Assembly: GCF_022539665.2 (NCBI RefSeq)
Contig: NC_081333.1
Location: forward strand, 11,966,001 to 12,030,000
Origin: Daphnia carinata
Taxonomy: Eukaryota
DNA length: 64,000 nucleotides
Reading direction: 5' to 3'
In this document: positions 36,901-50,300 of the stretch, piece by piece
Layout: every line of letters begins with the position of its first letter
Position numbering within the stretch: the first letter of the stretch is position 1
Position numbers and translations under genes: made by a program
The notes under the pieces: generated by a model
What the model was told of the DNA's origin: nothing
Databases searched by the model: none
What the model saw: only the letters and a program-made list of their open reading frames with translations

Positions 36901-39900
36901 AAAAAAAAAAAAAAAAACTACTTTTCGAAACACCTGAGGAAGAAGAGGCGAAACAAATTCATCGAAAAATGTGGCGGTTGGTTAAAGAGAAATTAGGATT
37001 TGAGGAATGATTGGAAAATAAGCATTGGCACGATCGACTTACTCGTTTGAAAAGACCTTGTCTGCCAATCGACTGTGTCGTTGTTGAGAAAAAAATTCAG
37101 AGAAAAGAAAACCGGAGAGAATCTCAAATGATTACGGTTTCCTCTTTTTTTTTCTTTTCTTTAGCCTTTAAGGAACATATTTTAATACTACGTTGCTATT
37201 CCCCCAAAACCCTGACGACGGCACACTATTTGAAGAAAAGCAATGATGGCGCATCTTTGTGACTGGCGAGCCATATGCGGACGAAACGTTGTTTTTTTAT
37301 ATAGCACATGATAAGAAACACGTAGAGAGACTTTGAATTTGGGGTCAAACATTACCGACTCTCCTTTGTCGCCCTTCTCTCCCCTGACGCCAGGATAGCC
37401 CTGTTTTCAAGAGAAAGAAAGGGAAAAAAGTTAAATAGAATTGTCGCGACCTCATCGCATGAATTTTTTTTGAGTTGCGATAACGAAAATTGAAAAAAAA
37501 AGGAGGGAGGAGGAGGGAAAGAATAGAATAAAAGATATAACATAAGGGGCGACAAGAAACAAACCGAAGGGGGAGGATATTCCTCGACTACTTACAGGTG
37601 GTCCAGGTAAACCGGGGGGTCCCATCAATCCTGGGGGACCGATATCGCCGTACTCGCCTTTCTCGCCTTTAGGTCCCGGTTGTCCCTGTTGCATTCAGAC
37701 GTGGAACATCACAATGAAAAGGAAAAAAAAGGTGTGTGGATCAATGTTTCGCCTTTCGCGTCATCATGTTAAGTTGGCGATTGGATTCTTTTATTAACAC
37801 GTACCGGTAGACCTGGCGGTCCCTGAGCTCCCACCTCGCCGTCGTTGCCGTCGGCACCTGGTGGTCCACGAAGTCCACTTTCACCTTGCACGCCTTAAAA
37901 ATAAACGATTTATTTTCGAGTCTTGAATAATTTGGCGGTTCTTTTTTTTAAAAGGGCAAATCTCCACAAGCTAGTGCTTTTTCAGTTTGATAGATGGCAT
38001 TACCTGGCAGTCCCATGTCTCCTTTCTCACCCTTTTCACCGCGATAACCGCGTTCGCCGACCTCGCCCTTGGGTCCGGGCAGTCCGGGAGCTCCGCGTTC
38101 AGCAGCTTCGCCTGACTCTCCCTATTTTTTTTTTATGTTAAAGAAATAAATTCAAGTTTTAGAATTTTTTTTAAAAGCTGTCAACAAGTTGACCGCAACA
38201 ATCACGATGCGTTTTCTGCGCTCAAACCGCAAGCCACAAGCGTAGTAATATAAAACGGGACAGAGAAGCGGCCAAACAAATTCTTCTTTTTTTTTTTCAT
38301 CATCGTGAATCATGCGCATGGCCAAAACGAGGAAAGTGTTGAGTGACACATGAAATAAAGCTTCAACGTGCTATGTAGATGCAGCTGGGAATATTTTCGT
38401 TTTCAAAAATAGAAGGAAAAAGGAGAGGCTTGGTTAGCGTTGAATGAATAGCTTGTTACTTACTCCAACCTATGGAAGGATGTTATGTTACAACTCCTGC
38501 AACAACAGAACAAGGGTTGGGCTAATACAACATTGTGTGTACACAGTATTTGAAGGGGAAAAAAAAACTCAAGTGGCATAAACGAGAAAAACGAGTTAGT
38601 TGGATTTGTGAATAATAAGCAGCCGACTGATGTGCGTCCGGAAGGAAATAGTAAAAAAAATAAATAGGGGATATAACATGACACTGTGAACGCAGTACAA
38701 TTATACGACACCGACCAAATAAATATGAGATAAGACACCGATCACTAAAACGAGCTAAAACACTAATAGTAATACGCATATATGTTAATGTGTAACACAA
38801 TCCGCCATAGCCCCCTTTCCGTCCATACAGAACCCGATCCATACAAATAATAGGGTTAATAATCTTTTGCGTGTGTTAAACGACACCGAAAGCCGTTATA
38901 CATGTCTACATGTATGTTAGACACCAAAAGGGTTTGAAAAGAATCGAAATATACATTGATACAAGGCTTATTATGCATAAACTCGAGGGACGTGTAAGAC
39001 GACCCTCGCTAGATGCTTTTTAGAATTTGGAATTGCTTCAAGAATCAAAACTACTAAATGAAAGGGACCAAAAGGAAACTTACTCGTTTGCCACGTTTGC
39101 CCCGAGCACCTTTTTCTCCGTCACGGCCAGGTGGACCAATTGCTCCCGCTTCTCCTTTTTCGCCGGGCACACCTATTTATCGAAATGGGAATCACGTGAA
39201 TAGATAAGATAGAAAATAACAGTTTCTTTTTCCATTTTTCAAAGTCATTGACGTACCTGGAGCTCCTGGTGGTCCTGAATGGTGAAGAACGTGATTGGAT
39301 AAAAATTTTAGATTGCTCATTCTTTGAATTGTTTGATTATATTGTACCTGGTGGGCCTTCGACGATCCCGCCGGGGAAATTCTTACCGTCGACGTTCACG
39401 ATCGGTCCGCGATCACCCTTTTCGCCCTGTCAGTAACAACGGACTCACTCAATTATCTTTCTCGTTGTAAAACAGCAATTTTTTGAATGTAACTCTCGAT
39501 ATATTATGCGAGATGAGTTGTGAATGGACTTCTTTTTTTTTTTTTTTGTTATTAACGATATTCGGACTATGTTTATTGCTGGATTTATTAGGTACATATA
39601 TATATATTGTATATCTACCTTAGGGCCAGCTAAGCCAATCATTCCTGGCGCTCCGGGAAGTCCGGGAGCTCCTGGGGCACCCGGGAATCCTGGTTGTCCA
39701 GCATCTCCCGGTTGTCCAGAGTCACCTGGGGGTCCTGATCGACCGTCAATACCAGGCAAGCCGGTCGGTCCTGTGAAAAAAAAAAAGAAAAAAAAAACAA
39801 TAGGGCGATATTTTATAAGAAACGTTATAGTGATCCATTATTGACATCGTTTTGCCAAAGGTCCATGGATTGAATTTCTCTCAAAATAGAGGCAAATTGA

Positions 39901-42900
39901 AGTTAATTTACCTGGAGGACCGGGCGGTCCAGGGGGTCCAGGGTCTCCTGGTTCACCCTATAAAGAATACCGCGTGAAAGGCGTACAACAGAAAAATATG
40001 ATTAGAATCAATCAATCAAGAAAGGGTTTGATGGAAGGAAAAAAAAAAAAGGTTTAACAAAAAAAAGCAGTTTTAGTCAAAGTAAAAAGCAATCAAAATC
40101 TTGTCTACTATAGTCAAGGCCATCACTTGATAGTTGGCTGGTCAAAACTAAAAAGAAGAAGAAGAAAAAACTAAAACAACAAAAAGGGTTGGTTTGGCTG
40201 TAGCCCTTTCTTGTCCAGAAATCCTGCTTCTCATTAGGAGGGCAATAGATATTTTTATTAAATTTTATGTTACAAAGGAAAAAGATGGTACACCCTCCAT
40301 AACCTGTTCTACTAATATTAGTGGTCTAATATAAAAAAGAGCGAGATTGAGAGAAAAAAAAAAAAAAAGAGAACATTAAGGAATCGATTCTCGTCAGTCG
40401 ATCTTATTGTACCTTGAGCATCAGTATCGACTCCGGATCAATGTTGAAGCCCAAACCTTTCAGACCCTGTACATAAGAAAAGAAACATACAAAACAAGGG
40501 CAGGTGAAAGGGCGTGCATTTCTACTGCTGTCATACATGTGACTATATTAGGTATAATTTGAATGAACAAACGCCGCCAAGTTTCGCTGGAGGATTTTAT
40601 AACAGAAAACGAAGGCAAAAGCAAATGATTGGTGATATGAAAATGTTCGACAGGTACTTGAGAAATTGCATATCTTAAAATGTAAGAGAAAGTGACCTCG
40701 ACTGCAATAGCCGCAAACATTAATTTTATATTCATTCTTTTTTTTTTTTTTTTTTTTTACTGGAGGGGGCTCTTTCTACGATGTTTTATCTTTGAAATCA
40801 GAGAGCTATTTTTCTTTGTTTGTTTTTATTTCTTTTTGCTTCGGTCAGCGTGCAGGTGCAATTCGAATTGCAATGAAAAAAGAAACCGATTCCCAAGACT
40901 TGAAAGACCAAATTTGGAAGGTTGTCGAGTTTTTTTGTTTTTTTGTTTCTGCATTGATGTTGCACTCAAGATCATCTCCCACCACGGCCAATGTCGACAT
41001 TCAGACGGTTCGAATCAACTGTGCATTAAAACCCCATGCCCTGAAGCCAAGAAAGCGGCTAACTCAAAGCCAAGGTGATGCAGCAAAAGGTGAGAAACAG
41101 AAAATTGTACAAGCAAAACCCAAACTACAAAGTCGTGCGGTCGTAAGGATGAGTTCATTAGTTTTCACCTTGACCATGTAAACGGTGCCATAGCCGAAGA
41201 GATCGGCGTGGGTCGTCGTAGATACAGAGCGCTTGATGTTCTGCTGCGCATCCGATAATGACAAGCGTCCCAGCACCAGAGCCGATTCAAAGATTCAAAG
41301 CGACATGCATTTTTTTTTTTTTTTAAAGAAGACGAAAGAAAAAGAGACATAGAGTTATAGCGTTAGCCAATGCAATTGAAAAACAAAGATTTGTTAACTC
41401 CGAAGAAGAATAAATTCTTTTAAGTGAATTATGAATCGCGTAGCGTCACGAATTTTAGAATGGAACGATGACGTTGGCAGCTTCACTTTGGCATACGCCG
41501 TTTCTTTACACACAGGGAGAAAAAAAAAACGCATCATAATCTAAATGAGAAAACATTGTTAACACAGTCAAAACTAAACAAGCGGTCTTTCCAACTATTT
41601 AGACGGTTTTTGATCCACTGACGATGCATTTAAAACACATTCCTCTTGTCGGATATGAATCCAGTTGATTACAAAGAACCCGGGTGTGTTAATAGCGATG
41701 CCTTGGGCCAATGATTAAAGCGTTCGTCATCATTATTATCATTAATTTTTTTTTAGTTGGAAAATACATTGGAGAGGATAGCAATTGCAGTCCCTTTTTT
41801 TTTTTTTGTAAACGTGTTAGTCGTCTACCAGCATAAATACCTTAGATGTGGATAGCAGATCGTAACCGCTGTTGCCCGTTTCGCCTTTGATGCCCTTCTC
41901 GCCGGGACGACCCTATCGCAAGAATTCAAGACACAAATAACAGTGATATACATGAGGGCAATCAGATAATATAGAGTATTTGCATTGTTATTGCTCTATC
42001 TAAAATGAAAAGGAAAAGATAACTAAACTAAACGGTTGGTCTTAATGACAAGAATTTGTTTTTTATTGTCCCCAATGTTATTCCCCGGGTCAGTTGAAAA
42101 CATTCCGGTTACGGAATGGTTTAAATGGATAGAGAAAGCTCGACAGATTTAGGCTGATTTTATCAGATAAAATTATTTATTGTTTTTTTTTTTTTTTTGT
42201 TTTAATAATTTTTTTTTTTTTTTTTTTTAAAGCAAAGGAATGCGGGTGAAGGGAACTGATGAGCGCGCAGAAGCATTAGGGAAAACTTACCGGTTCGCCT
42301 TTCGGCCCATCTAACCCAATAGGGCCCTGCAATAGCAGTAAAAAAAAAGATAATTTTTAGTATTAAGAAAAAACAAAAATTACGTGTTAAAAAAGCATGA
42401 TTAAAGTAAATGAAGTTAAACGCTACAGAAGTTTGTGTTACGTTCCATCGACTACAAGATATAACAGCAAATACCAGAAAGCTCCAACACCAAATGATTT
42501 ATGAACCAGAAAACACGTGTGTTTTTTCAAGACAAGAAATCAACATAGATAATGTGTCCGACAAACTGATGATGTCAAGACAGTACACCAGGTGAAAACT
42601 AATACCTAAATATATACATATATTTTTGTCTAAGCATTTCTTGTTAATCTAAAACAGAAATTTCATTAGTGCTGATTTCAGCGTTGCACACACACACAGT
42701 CCCGAAACACGAGAAAAAAACCTATATATACGTTCATGGCTCGTGTGTTATACATCCCGCATTTTGGACGCAAGGAAAAATCATCAACCAGTTGGAGCCG
42801 CTCAGCTCTGGTTTATTTTGGATCAACCAAAATAATCGTACAGAAAAAAAAAAAAAAAAAAAAAAGAAAAATCATCACAGCTGACGGGCTTTTGACGTCA

Positions 42901-44308
42901 GGGTCGAGCCCCTCACCAGTGAATGTGATGTAATAAAATGAAATAAGGAGAGGAAAAGAGATCACGAACCGCGTTCTATATACCCATGGCAGCTAATATC
43001 GAGAAAACGTTGCGCATTAGGGTAGAAAAAGAGAGGCGAAAGACGTAGAACGATGGATGGGAAAAGTTTGTGTTACCCCCTGGACCCCATGGCATAGACG
43101 AGTAAGTGAAAGGTGGAAAAAAAAAGAAACAGCTCGCTAGGGAAGGCCGTATCCGCTTGAGACGTGTTAGTATATTGATTTGACTTAACAAGGAAGACGT
43201 TGGAAAAAGAACTAATAGTCGAAAATCACGAAAACTAAGAGAAGATGATTTCCCTTTTTTTTTTCTTCTTTAGAATGAGGGAAAATAAATATAATAACAA
43301 AAAAAAAATCAAAAAAGCACATCCACCAACCGGAAAACCCGGGTAGCCTCGTGCGCCAGTCAGTCCCTGTAAAAAGAAACATAAAAAGAAGGACGTTCGC
43401 TGTGTTGAAAATATCGAGAAATTTTTGGTGGAAATTCGCTTTTCTAATAAAGAACCCCCGTGTTTTTCGTTTAAATAACTAAATTCAATTCAGCTCTAAG
43501 AAACAATAAGAATATTGACAAAAGCAATTTTGCATGTTTGACGTCACACAACACCTGAGAATGTCGACTATTTTTTTCACAAAGAATTTGTCGAGAATAA
43601 ATGCGTGCCTTCCAAAACGTCACACAAAGCCACACAACAATTTCAAAGATAAATCAGTTTTAAAAAAAAAAAGTGTTTTACTTACAGGAAATCCGTTTTT
43701 GCCGATTGGTCCAGGAAGGCCCTGCACGTCGATGAAAAGCGAAAAACCGAAAAAAGAGTGTTGTTACACATCGAAATAAATACATTTTGGGGGGGGGGGG
43801 GAACGAAAAGAACTTTGACACGTCATGGCCGGCCAAAACGAAACGACTAGATTAGCATCAGAAAAACCGAGCCGTCACAAACCAAAGAAGGAAGAGTGGG
43901 GGGTTGAAAAATCTTCCCTGAAGCTCTGACAATAAATCAGGGAAAGAGAAAAAAAAAACCGAGTTGTTCGGCAACGCCGATATCCATCTAGGATCTACGT
44001 GTCAGTGAACAGATGCTAGATCCCTACGCCCCCCAATTCCTTCCTCAGTAAAGGAATAAACAAGCTCAATCAGATCAGTTGAGCCCGTCATCAGCATTAT
44101 AAATATCAAGATGTTTGTGTTAGCCAATAACATTACTTTGGAAAGGTCGAGGGGTACAAATAGAAAATGAAAAGAAAAAAAGGAAGAGAATATTTTTTTT
44201 TTTTTTTTAATTCTATTTTGTCTGCCGTTTTGCTTACCGCAACTCCAGGTTCTCCAGCGTCACCTTTCTGACCGCGTTTGCCTCTCTTGCCCGGCGGGCC
44301 AGCTGGAC
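33912..44308 (-). CDS. MACIT-type membrane collagen with interrupted triple helices (collagen XIII/XXIII/XXV, col-99-like); 5'-partial
   Basis: Frame-consistent GT-AG exons: 44308-44238, 43721-43686, 43366-43331, 42326-42291, 41912-41841, 41240-41169, 40466-40413, 39957-39912, 39770-39619, 39426-39348, 39274-39257, 39172-39084, 38121-38004, 37893-37805, 37685-37596, 37400-37356, 37072-37043, 36441-36415, 35957-35919, 35838-35805, 35740-35670, 35612-35568, 35500-35438, 35143-35063, 34823-34797, 34600-34565, 34488-34348, and a probable last exon 34025-33912. Most encode Gly-X-Y. The diagnostic C-terminal motif [20 protein letters not shown] matches the MACIT NC4 domain. The N-terminal transmembrane exon(s) were not found. 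Confidence 0.9.
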
Positions 44309-47300
44309 CTGAATGTTCGAAAAAGAAAAAAACAAAATTTGGCATGAGGACGATAGAAAAAAAATGATTTGAATAGTTTGAACACGTACATGTGATGCAA
44401 TTCATATAGTTAGGTAAACGGACGGAAAGAAAGAGGGAGGACATGTAAAGTAAGAACAGCCCATGAAAAATTTTGTTTCATTTTTTTGTTTTGTTGTGTG
44501 TTCTTATTCCCCGACTGCCCTTTTGTTTTTTTTTACAACGCCGCTCATCATGCAATTCAAACTGCCTTTCATCATCATCATCAAAAAGGCATGGAAACCA
44601 AAAATTAAAGAGAGGGTGGAGGACGAAACTTATTCATCAACAGGATCTTTGCATGGTCGGCTTTACAGGTTTTTTCCTACAGGTGAAATGATGGACAAGG
44701 ATGATGAATGTGTCGGGTGAAATGATAGGCAGACGCACATAACCAGAGGCATAGGAACAGTGTGACTATTACAGGGGAAAGCAAAAACAAAAACAAGAGA
44801 AAAAAGGAAAAATGATGAAGACACGCAATCGCATCATCGGTGTGACTTGTTGTAATGGCCGTGATGTGGGGCTCCCCCGCTCACGTAATAGATCCTCCGC
44901 CGGTATTTATTATAACTCCTTTTAAAAGGTCAGGTGAGATCCATCAGAAAAACTGTATGAAAACGCACCTGTCGTTTTTGTTTTTTTTTCTTTTCAAAAG
45001 CTGCATGCGTTTATAAACTCATTCTCAGTTACGAGTTTATTTGTCGGGCCGAACAGCACAGAAAGAAAACAAAGGCAGCGGCGGTTCGAGTGGATAGCCC
45101 CATCCGATCGGAATTCGAAAATTTGTTGTTTTTTTTTACCATCAACAACCCTGTTGGGGGTAGTCAGTAATTGAGATGTTTCATCGACGAAGACCGAAAA
45201 GCCCCCATTATTTACATTTTTTTCATTATTATTAATAATCATTTGACATGGATGATCCGGGTGTTAGTGATGGAGCAACAAGCTCCTTGTACGTGTGCCT
45301 ATTAGTCCCCTACCTGATCGTTTAAAAGAACAGCCTTGTAAATCATTCGAAATTCTTCCTTTGAAAAGACAACGAATTGATGGTGTATAGCTAAACAAAG
45401 TTTGATTACAGTCCTAATGTGATAAAAAGGAAGGAGGCCAATCCGCAGTTTTGACGTGAAAACGTTCATTCGAAATGATGAAGACATCAAAGAACGTGAC
45501 CTACTCTTTCCTCTCAATAGCCCACGGTTTTTTTTTTTGCGTCTTCTTCTTAACGAGACGAGCATCTGCTCGTTATGAGAGCCGCGCTATTTTTCCAAGG
45601 GCGCAAGTCAATTGCGAGCCAACACATCACCAGAGCTCGCGGCCACGATGGCCTTTCAGTCTAAACCAGCAGTTTTCAACCGTCCAACGCTAGTTAGACG
45701 GTTCTGTTTGGCTTGGCTACTAGCGGGACCGCAGTCGTTGCATCATCTAAAGTGTTTCGGCCCTTTTCTTCTATTTACTTTTCCTTTTTCTTTTTTTTTT
45801 TTTTTTTTTTTTTTGGAACGTCAGCTTTAAAATTAGCACGTCCATTGCAGATCGTTGACAGCAGCTTCATTTCAGTGTTTATTGACAACCAGACTAAAAC
45901 CAAAAGCCAAAAAGCAATTTGTTTCAACGAGATAACCGATCAAATGAATTGTGTGTTATCTCCGAGATTCAGTTCCAGAATTTCAGAAAATCGTTGTAGG
46001 TTAAAATCGTTTCATTGCATTTCAACGTGATAGGAGTTTCACGTAAACGAACAGCCCCCCCCCCCCAAAAAAAAAGGATTTTAGAGAATGTTAGAACTGC
46101 TGGGACCAGCTGCTACTGGTCTGGCATAGCGAGAGAGTCTCTTCAAAGTCTTTTTTTTTTTTTTTTTTTTCGAAATGGATGAGGGTATAAGTGGGCGATG
46201 CCCCGGCGGAGTAGGAAAAAGTTCTTTTTTGGACCGCAACGCGTTGCGGAGAGCATGCGGCCAAAACATCAGACCAGTTTGTACTAAATATACGGCGACT
46301 GCTGTCTATAGCTTTCCGCTCCCTGGACGACAAGCCAAGAAAGTGGAAGATCTTCGGAGAATTTCCTTCTCGCCCACTTTCTCTCTATCACTGATCGCTT
46401 AAATAATCCCCTTTCTTTCACGTCGTAAAAGGCCTAACGTGTCAACAGCTATTACCGTTTAGTCCATTAAGTGTCACGACCGGCTATAAAGAACATTTTC
46501 GGGCTCTAGTCACGCCAGCTACTTTTAGACCAATAGAACAAAGTCAATACGAGACAGACAAAGTGTGGCATACAAATTGAAAAACAGAAAAACAAAAAAT
46601 GAGTGAAAGTTAATTCAATGAAATCAATTACGAAATGCGTGTGTGTGTGTGTGTGTACACCGGTTGTATACACGTAATTATAGCACCGACATGTTTGTTC
46701 TGATCGACCGGAGCCCTTCCAATCACTCTTTTTTTTTTTCCTCACATGTATACACAAACAGAGGGGGATAATTCAATGAGCGATAAATTTTTAAAAAAAT
46801 CAAAACAAAGGTTTTTTTTGTTTTTTTCTTTTGCTTGAAATATCATCTGTTCGTGATGGATTACCAGCTGAGAGCTATGGAAAATACTGTCAGTGTTTTT
46901 TTGTTTTTTTTCGCTCCATCTTCCACGATTTCTAGACACAAGGTGCGAGACCTTCGTCCAAGCTCCTGGATGAAGAAAACCCTTTAAGGGAAGTACTCTT
47001 GGTTGCACATTAACAATAGCCATATACTCTTTCAGCTGTGGTTTTTATTTTGGCTACTTGCCGCATGCACTAACTGTTCACAGAAACCCCCCCCAAAAAA
47101 CAAGAGAAAACAACTCGCCATGTGAACTGTAATTTCCCTTTTCTTTTTTAAAGAGATTGCTTGTTCTTCTACGAAAGGTTCAGGTTTCTTCACGTATATA
47201 TATATAAGCTTTTTCCGTTTGCGCATTGTGGAAAGAGAAGAAAAAAAAAGAAAAAAGAACAGTGAGCCGCCCTTTTGGCCGTGTTTGCTCCAGGTTCTGT

Positions 47301-50300
47301 GGAACGTCTCGATGCCAACACAGGCACTCGGGATTCAAATGGTTTTGTTTCTCCAAGTGGCTCTATTGACTGACGTACGGTTTGTTATTTTCTTAACCGC
47401 GGGAGCTGTTGTCTCCAGCTCGAGGAGAACGACGCGGGACTTTTTTTCTTTTTCTGGAAGACCAAAAAGAAAAAGCAGAAAAGAATTCGAAAAAGAAAGT
47501 CCTTGTCTCTTTTTTTTCCTAAGTGGCTATTGCCAAACGAACGAATCGCTGAGGCAGACCGTTCGTGTTCTTTTGCTCTACTTAATGCTTATATACGTCG
47601 GCTGTCTATGCAACCAAACAAACGAAGAGCTAAAAGAAGGGGAACAACATCCTTTCAGGATGAATGAACCCAGCACGCGTACGCCCGGCCTAGCCAGAAG
47701 GAAACACACAAAAAGAAAGAAAACTTCAAATAATGAGAAAGCGAAACGGAGTCGGTCACGTTCTTGGGACTGGTCTGTTTTTTTTTTGGGCGTGGCCTAC
47801 AGTCGATATGAACGGGGTCAGCAGCAGGGCGTTGGGTGCCACCACAAATGAGCTAGTGAGCATACATCTATACAATCTACACTTCATATAAACGAAATGG
47901 TTCGTCCCGCGTGTCGTGATTGCAAAGCACACCTGTGGAGCTTCGATGAAATACAAGATACCCCCACCAACTCTATGCAGAAATCTCTGACTGCGACCGG
48001 TTGAGTGTAAATGGCCAGGTGATAAAACACAATCAACAAAAAAAAAAAATGGGAAGAAGAAATATTAATAAGAAATGACAGAAACCATTCAACTTTGCAA
48101 TCACATTGTTTTTTTTTTTTTAAACGCGTGTGCTTCAACACGAAAGTCGTAAATTCCATTTTCCATTTCTGCGCAGGCCAAAAATTTTGAAAAGCGAACA
48201 TGAGTTACGTACGCTCGTTACACGTCAACCAAACGAATACTCGGAAGCGAAGTAGAAACAAAAAAATGTATGAACACGACTAAAGAGAAAGAATTGAACG
48301 AAGCCCTTTAAATGAGAATCGCACGAGCCAGCGGGGCGAGTGATGGATGGACTTGATAAAGGATGCTGCTTAACAATTCAAACGTGCTTAATGTTTTTAT
48401 TTTTTTAGTTTATTCGTGTTATAGGTGCTGCAACATCAGGGGAAGCCAACAAAGATGAATTGGAGTTAGTGCCTTGTTATTAGCGCTGTCTGTTTGGCGT
48501 GAGCATCGTGTACACGCGCGTGTAGTTTAGATTTTCTTCGGCCGTTTTTTTTTTTTTGCATTTTTTTCTTTTCGTTTTAAGTTTTTGTTTTCCTCATTTT
48601 TTTTTTGTCTCAATGAGGCGTTTGGATAATTTTTTTTGTGTCTTCACCTTTTTAAATTTTTTTTTTGTTTTGTTTTATCGACAAGGAAAGGGCGTGACGG
48701 AAATTGTGCCGTTACGAAATCCGCACAGCGCGCGCGCACTTTTATTTCCCTCATTGAAAATGCCGGTCGACAGAGAAAAGGAAGGCCTGGACACACTTTT
48801 GTGCCATGAATCCCGAAAGAAATGATTATTTTTTTTTTATCAATATTTCTTTGAGGGAAAAAGAAATCATTCGACCGAAACGACGGCATATCCTGTGCAA
48901 CGAACAGAACACGAACGTGGACATATCAACCGAGAACCTCAATTTCGTTTTGGAATCAAACTGTTTAGGAGAATGACATTTTTCGAATAGAAGCCGTTGG
49001 CATTTGGACCCGTAAAAAAATAGAAAGGAGAGTAACGCAGTGATTTACAATTTCGTGTAGTCCCGTTGCCGCTACAGGGCCAATTTCTCTGAACGAAAAT
49101 GGTTATTTTAAACATTGTTAGATATGCTAAAAGAGAGACATCAGCTGCTAGTGTTGCGTACGAACGTAAACGCTCAAATCGAGCAGCCAACGATTGTTGG
49201 CTGTCTCTATTTTTTCCTTTTCTTTTTAAAATCTTTCAGCTATGAATATACGTGACCGCTTAAACATATTCATACGGTGGTATAGCGGTCGTAGGGAAAA
49301 CTAGTTTCTCCCGCACGCACCATTCATTTAACGAAGATGCATTCGGCCTAAGGCTAAACATCTCACGGCTTGAATATGTTTTGCCTCTTGCCAGAACCAA
49401 ACACACCATTCACATTTCAAAAAGGTGGGAATCTCTTGGAGAAAAAAAAAAAAAATACATCTTTGCCTGATCCTTTTAACATTTAAAGAGGCCCTGTCTC
49501 CTTCTCTTTCTTTTGGTCTTTGCTTGCTCCTTCTTTTTTTTTTTCATTTCTTTCTCAAAAAGCCAACACCAGAATCAGAAAGATGATAACTGGATGAATG
49601 TAGAGGAACTTGGAATGTTTGCTCGCTGGATGATGGATCAGCTCCAAGTGGCAGCTGTCTCTCTTCCCTTTTTTTTCTTTTAAATGTAAAGGGTATGCAT
49701 CAACGAAAAGCATCCGCCCCTTGTATATAAAAACCTCTGCTGATTTCTAGTATCGTTTCAATAGATCTCATTCCAGGACTATTCGTTCGTATGTGCATTT
49801 TTTTTTTCTCCCTCCCCTTCATCCGCATATTGGACGATGTCCTATTTCTTACATGTGCCGACAAAAGATTACAGTTCATCTTTTTTTGCATGTTGAAATG
49901 GTACATAACACACCCCATTGAAATGGAAAAAAGAAGGCGGATACAAGCCCCCCTTACGATTATCGCGATTGTTACGCTGTTACCTGCAATGTCCTCCACC
50001 ATCGGGCAAATGTCGCAAACTGTACGCAGCTGGAACACATCTGGTTTTTTTCTCTTTAGCCATTCGAGCATCAAGATACAAGCGGTGAATGGTTAAGTAG
50101 TAGGAGGTCCACCTAGCTTATCTCACCTATTGAATCATGTTTTCATGCATATAATTTTGTGCTATTCTGAACACAGGAATCTTTTTTTTTTTCTTTTTGC
50201 CCGTCTAAAAAAGAACTGAATGGCTTCGAGAATTCCATCGACATGCCCTAACAGTTTTTTTACACGACATGTTCGTTTCAGTCTTCTTCCTTTTTTTTTT

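Noticed and set aside
39524..39844. Plus-strand Gly/Pro-rich ORF (and similar ORFs at 34382 and 39248)
   Set aside because: Antisense shadows of minus-strand collagen exons; the splice signals are on the minus strand.
47219..47851. 210-aa plus-strand ORF
   Set aside because: Non-ATG start, composition driven by homopolymer runs, and no domain; likely a chance ORF in the intron.
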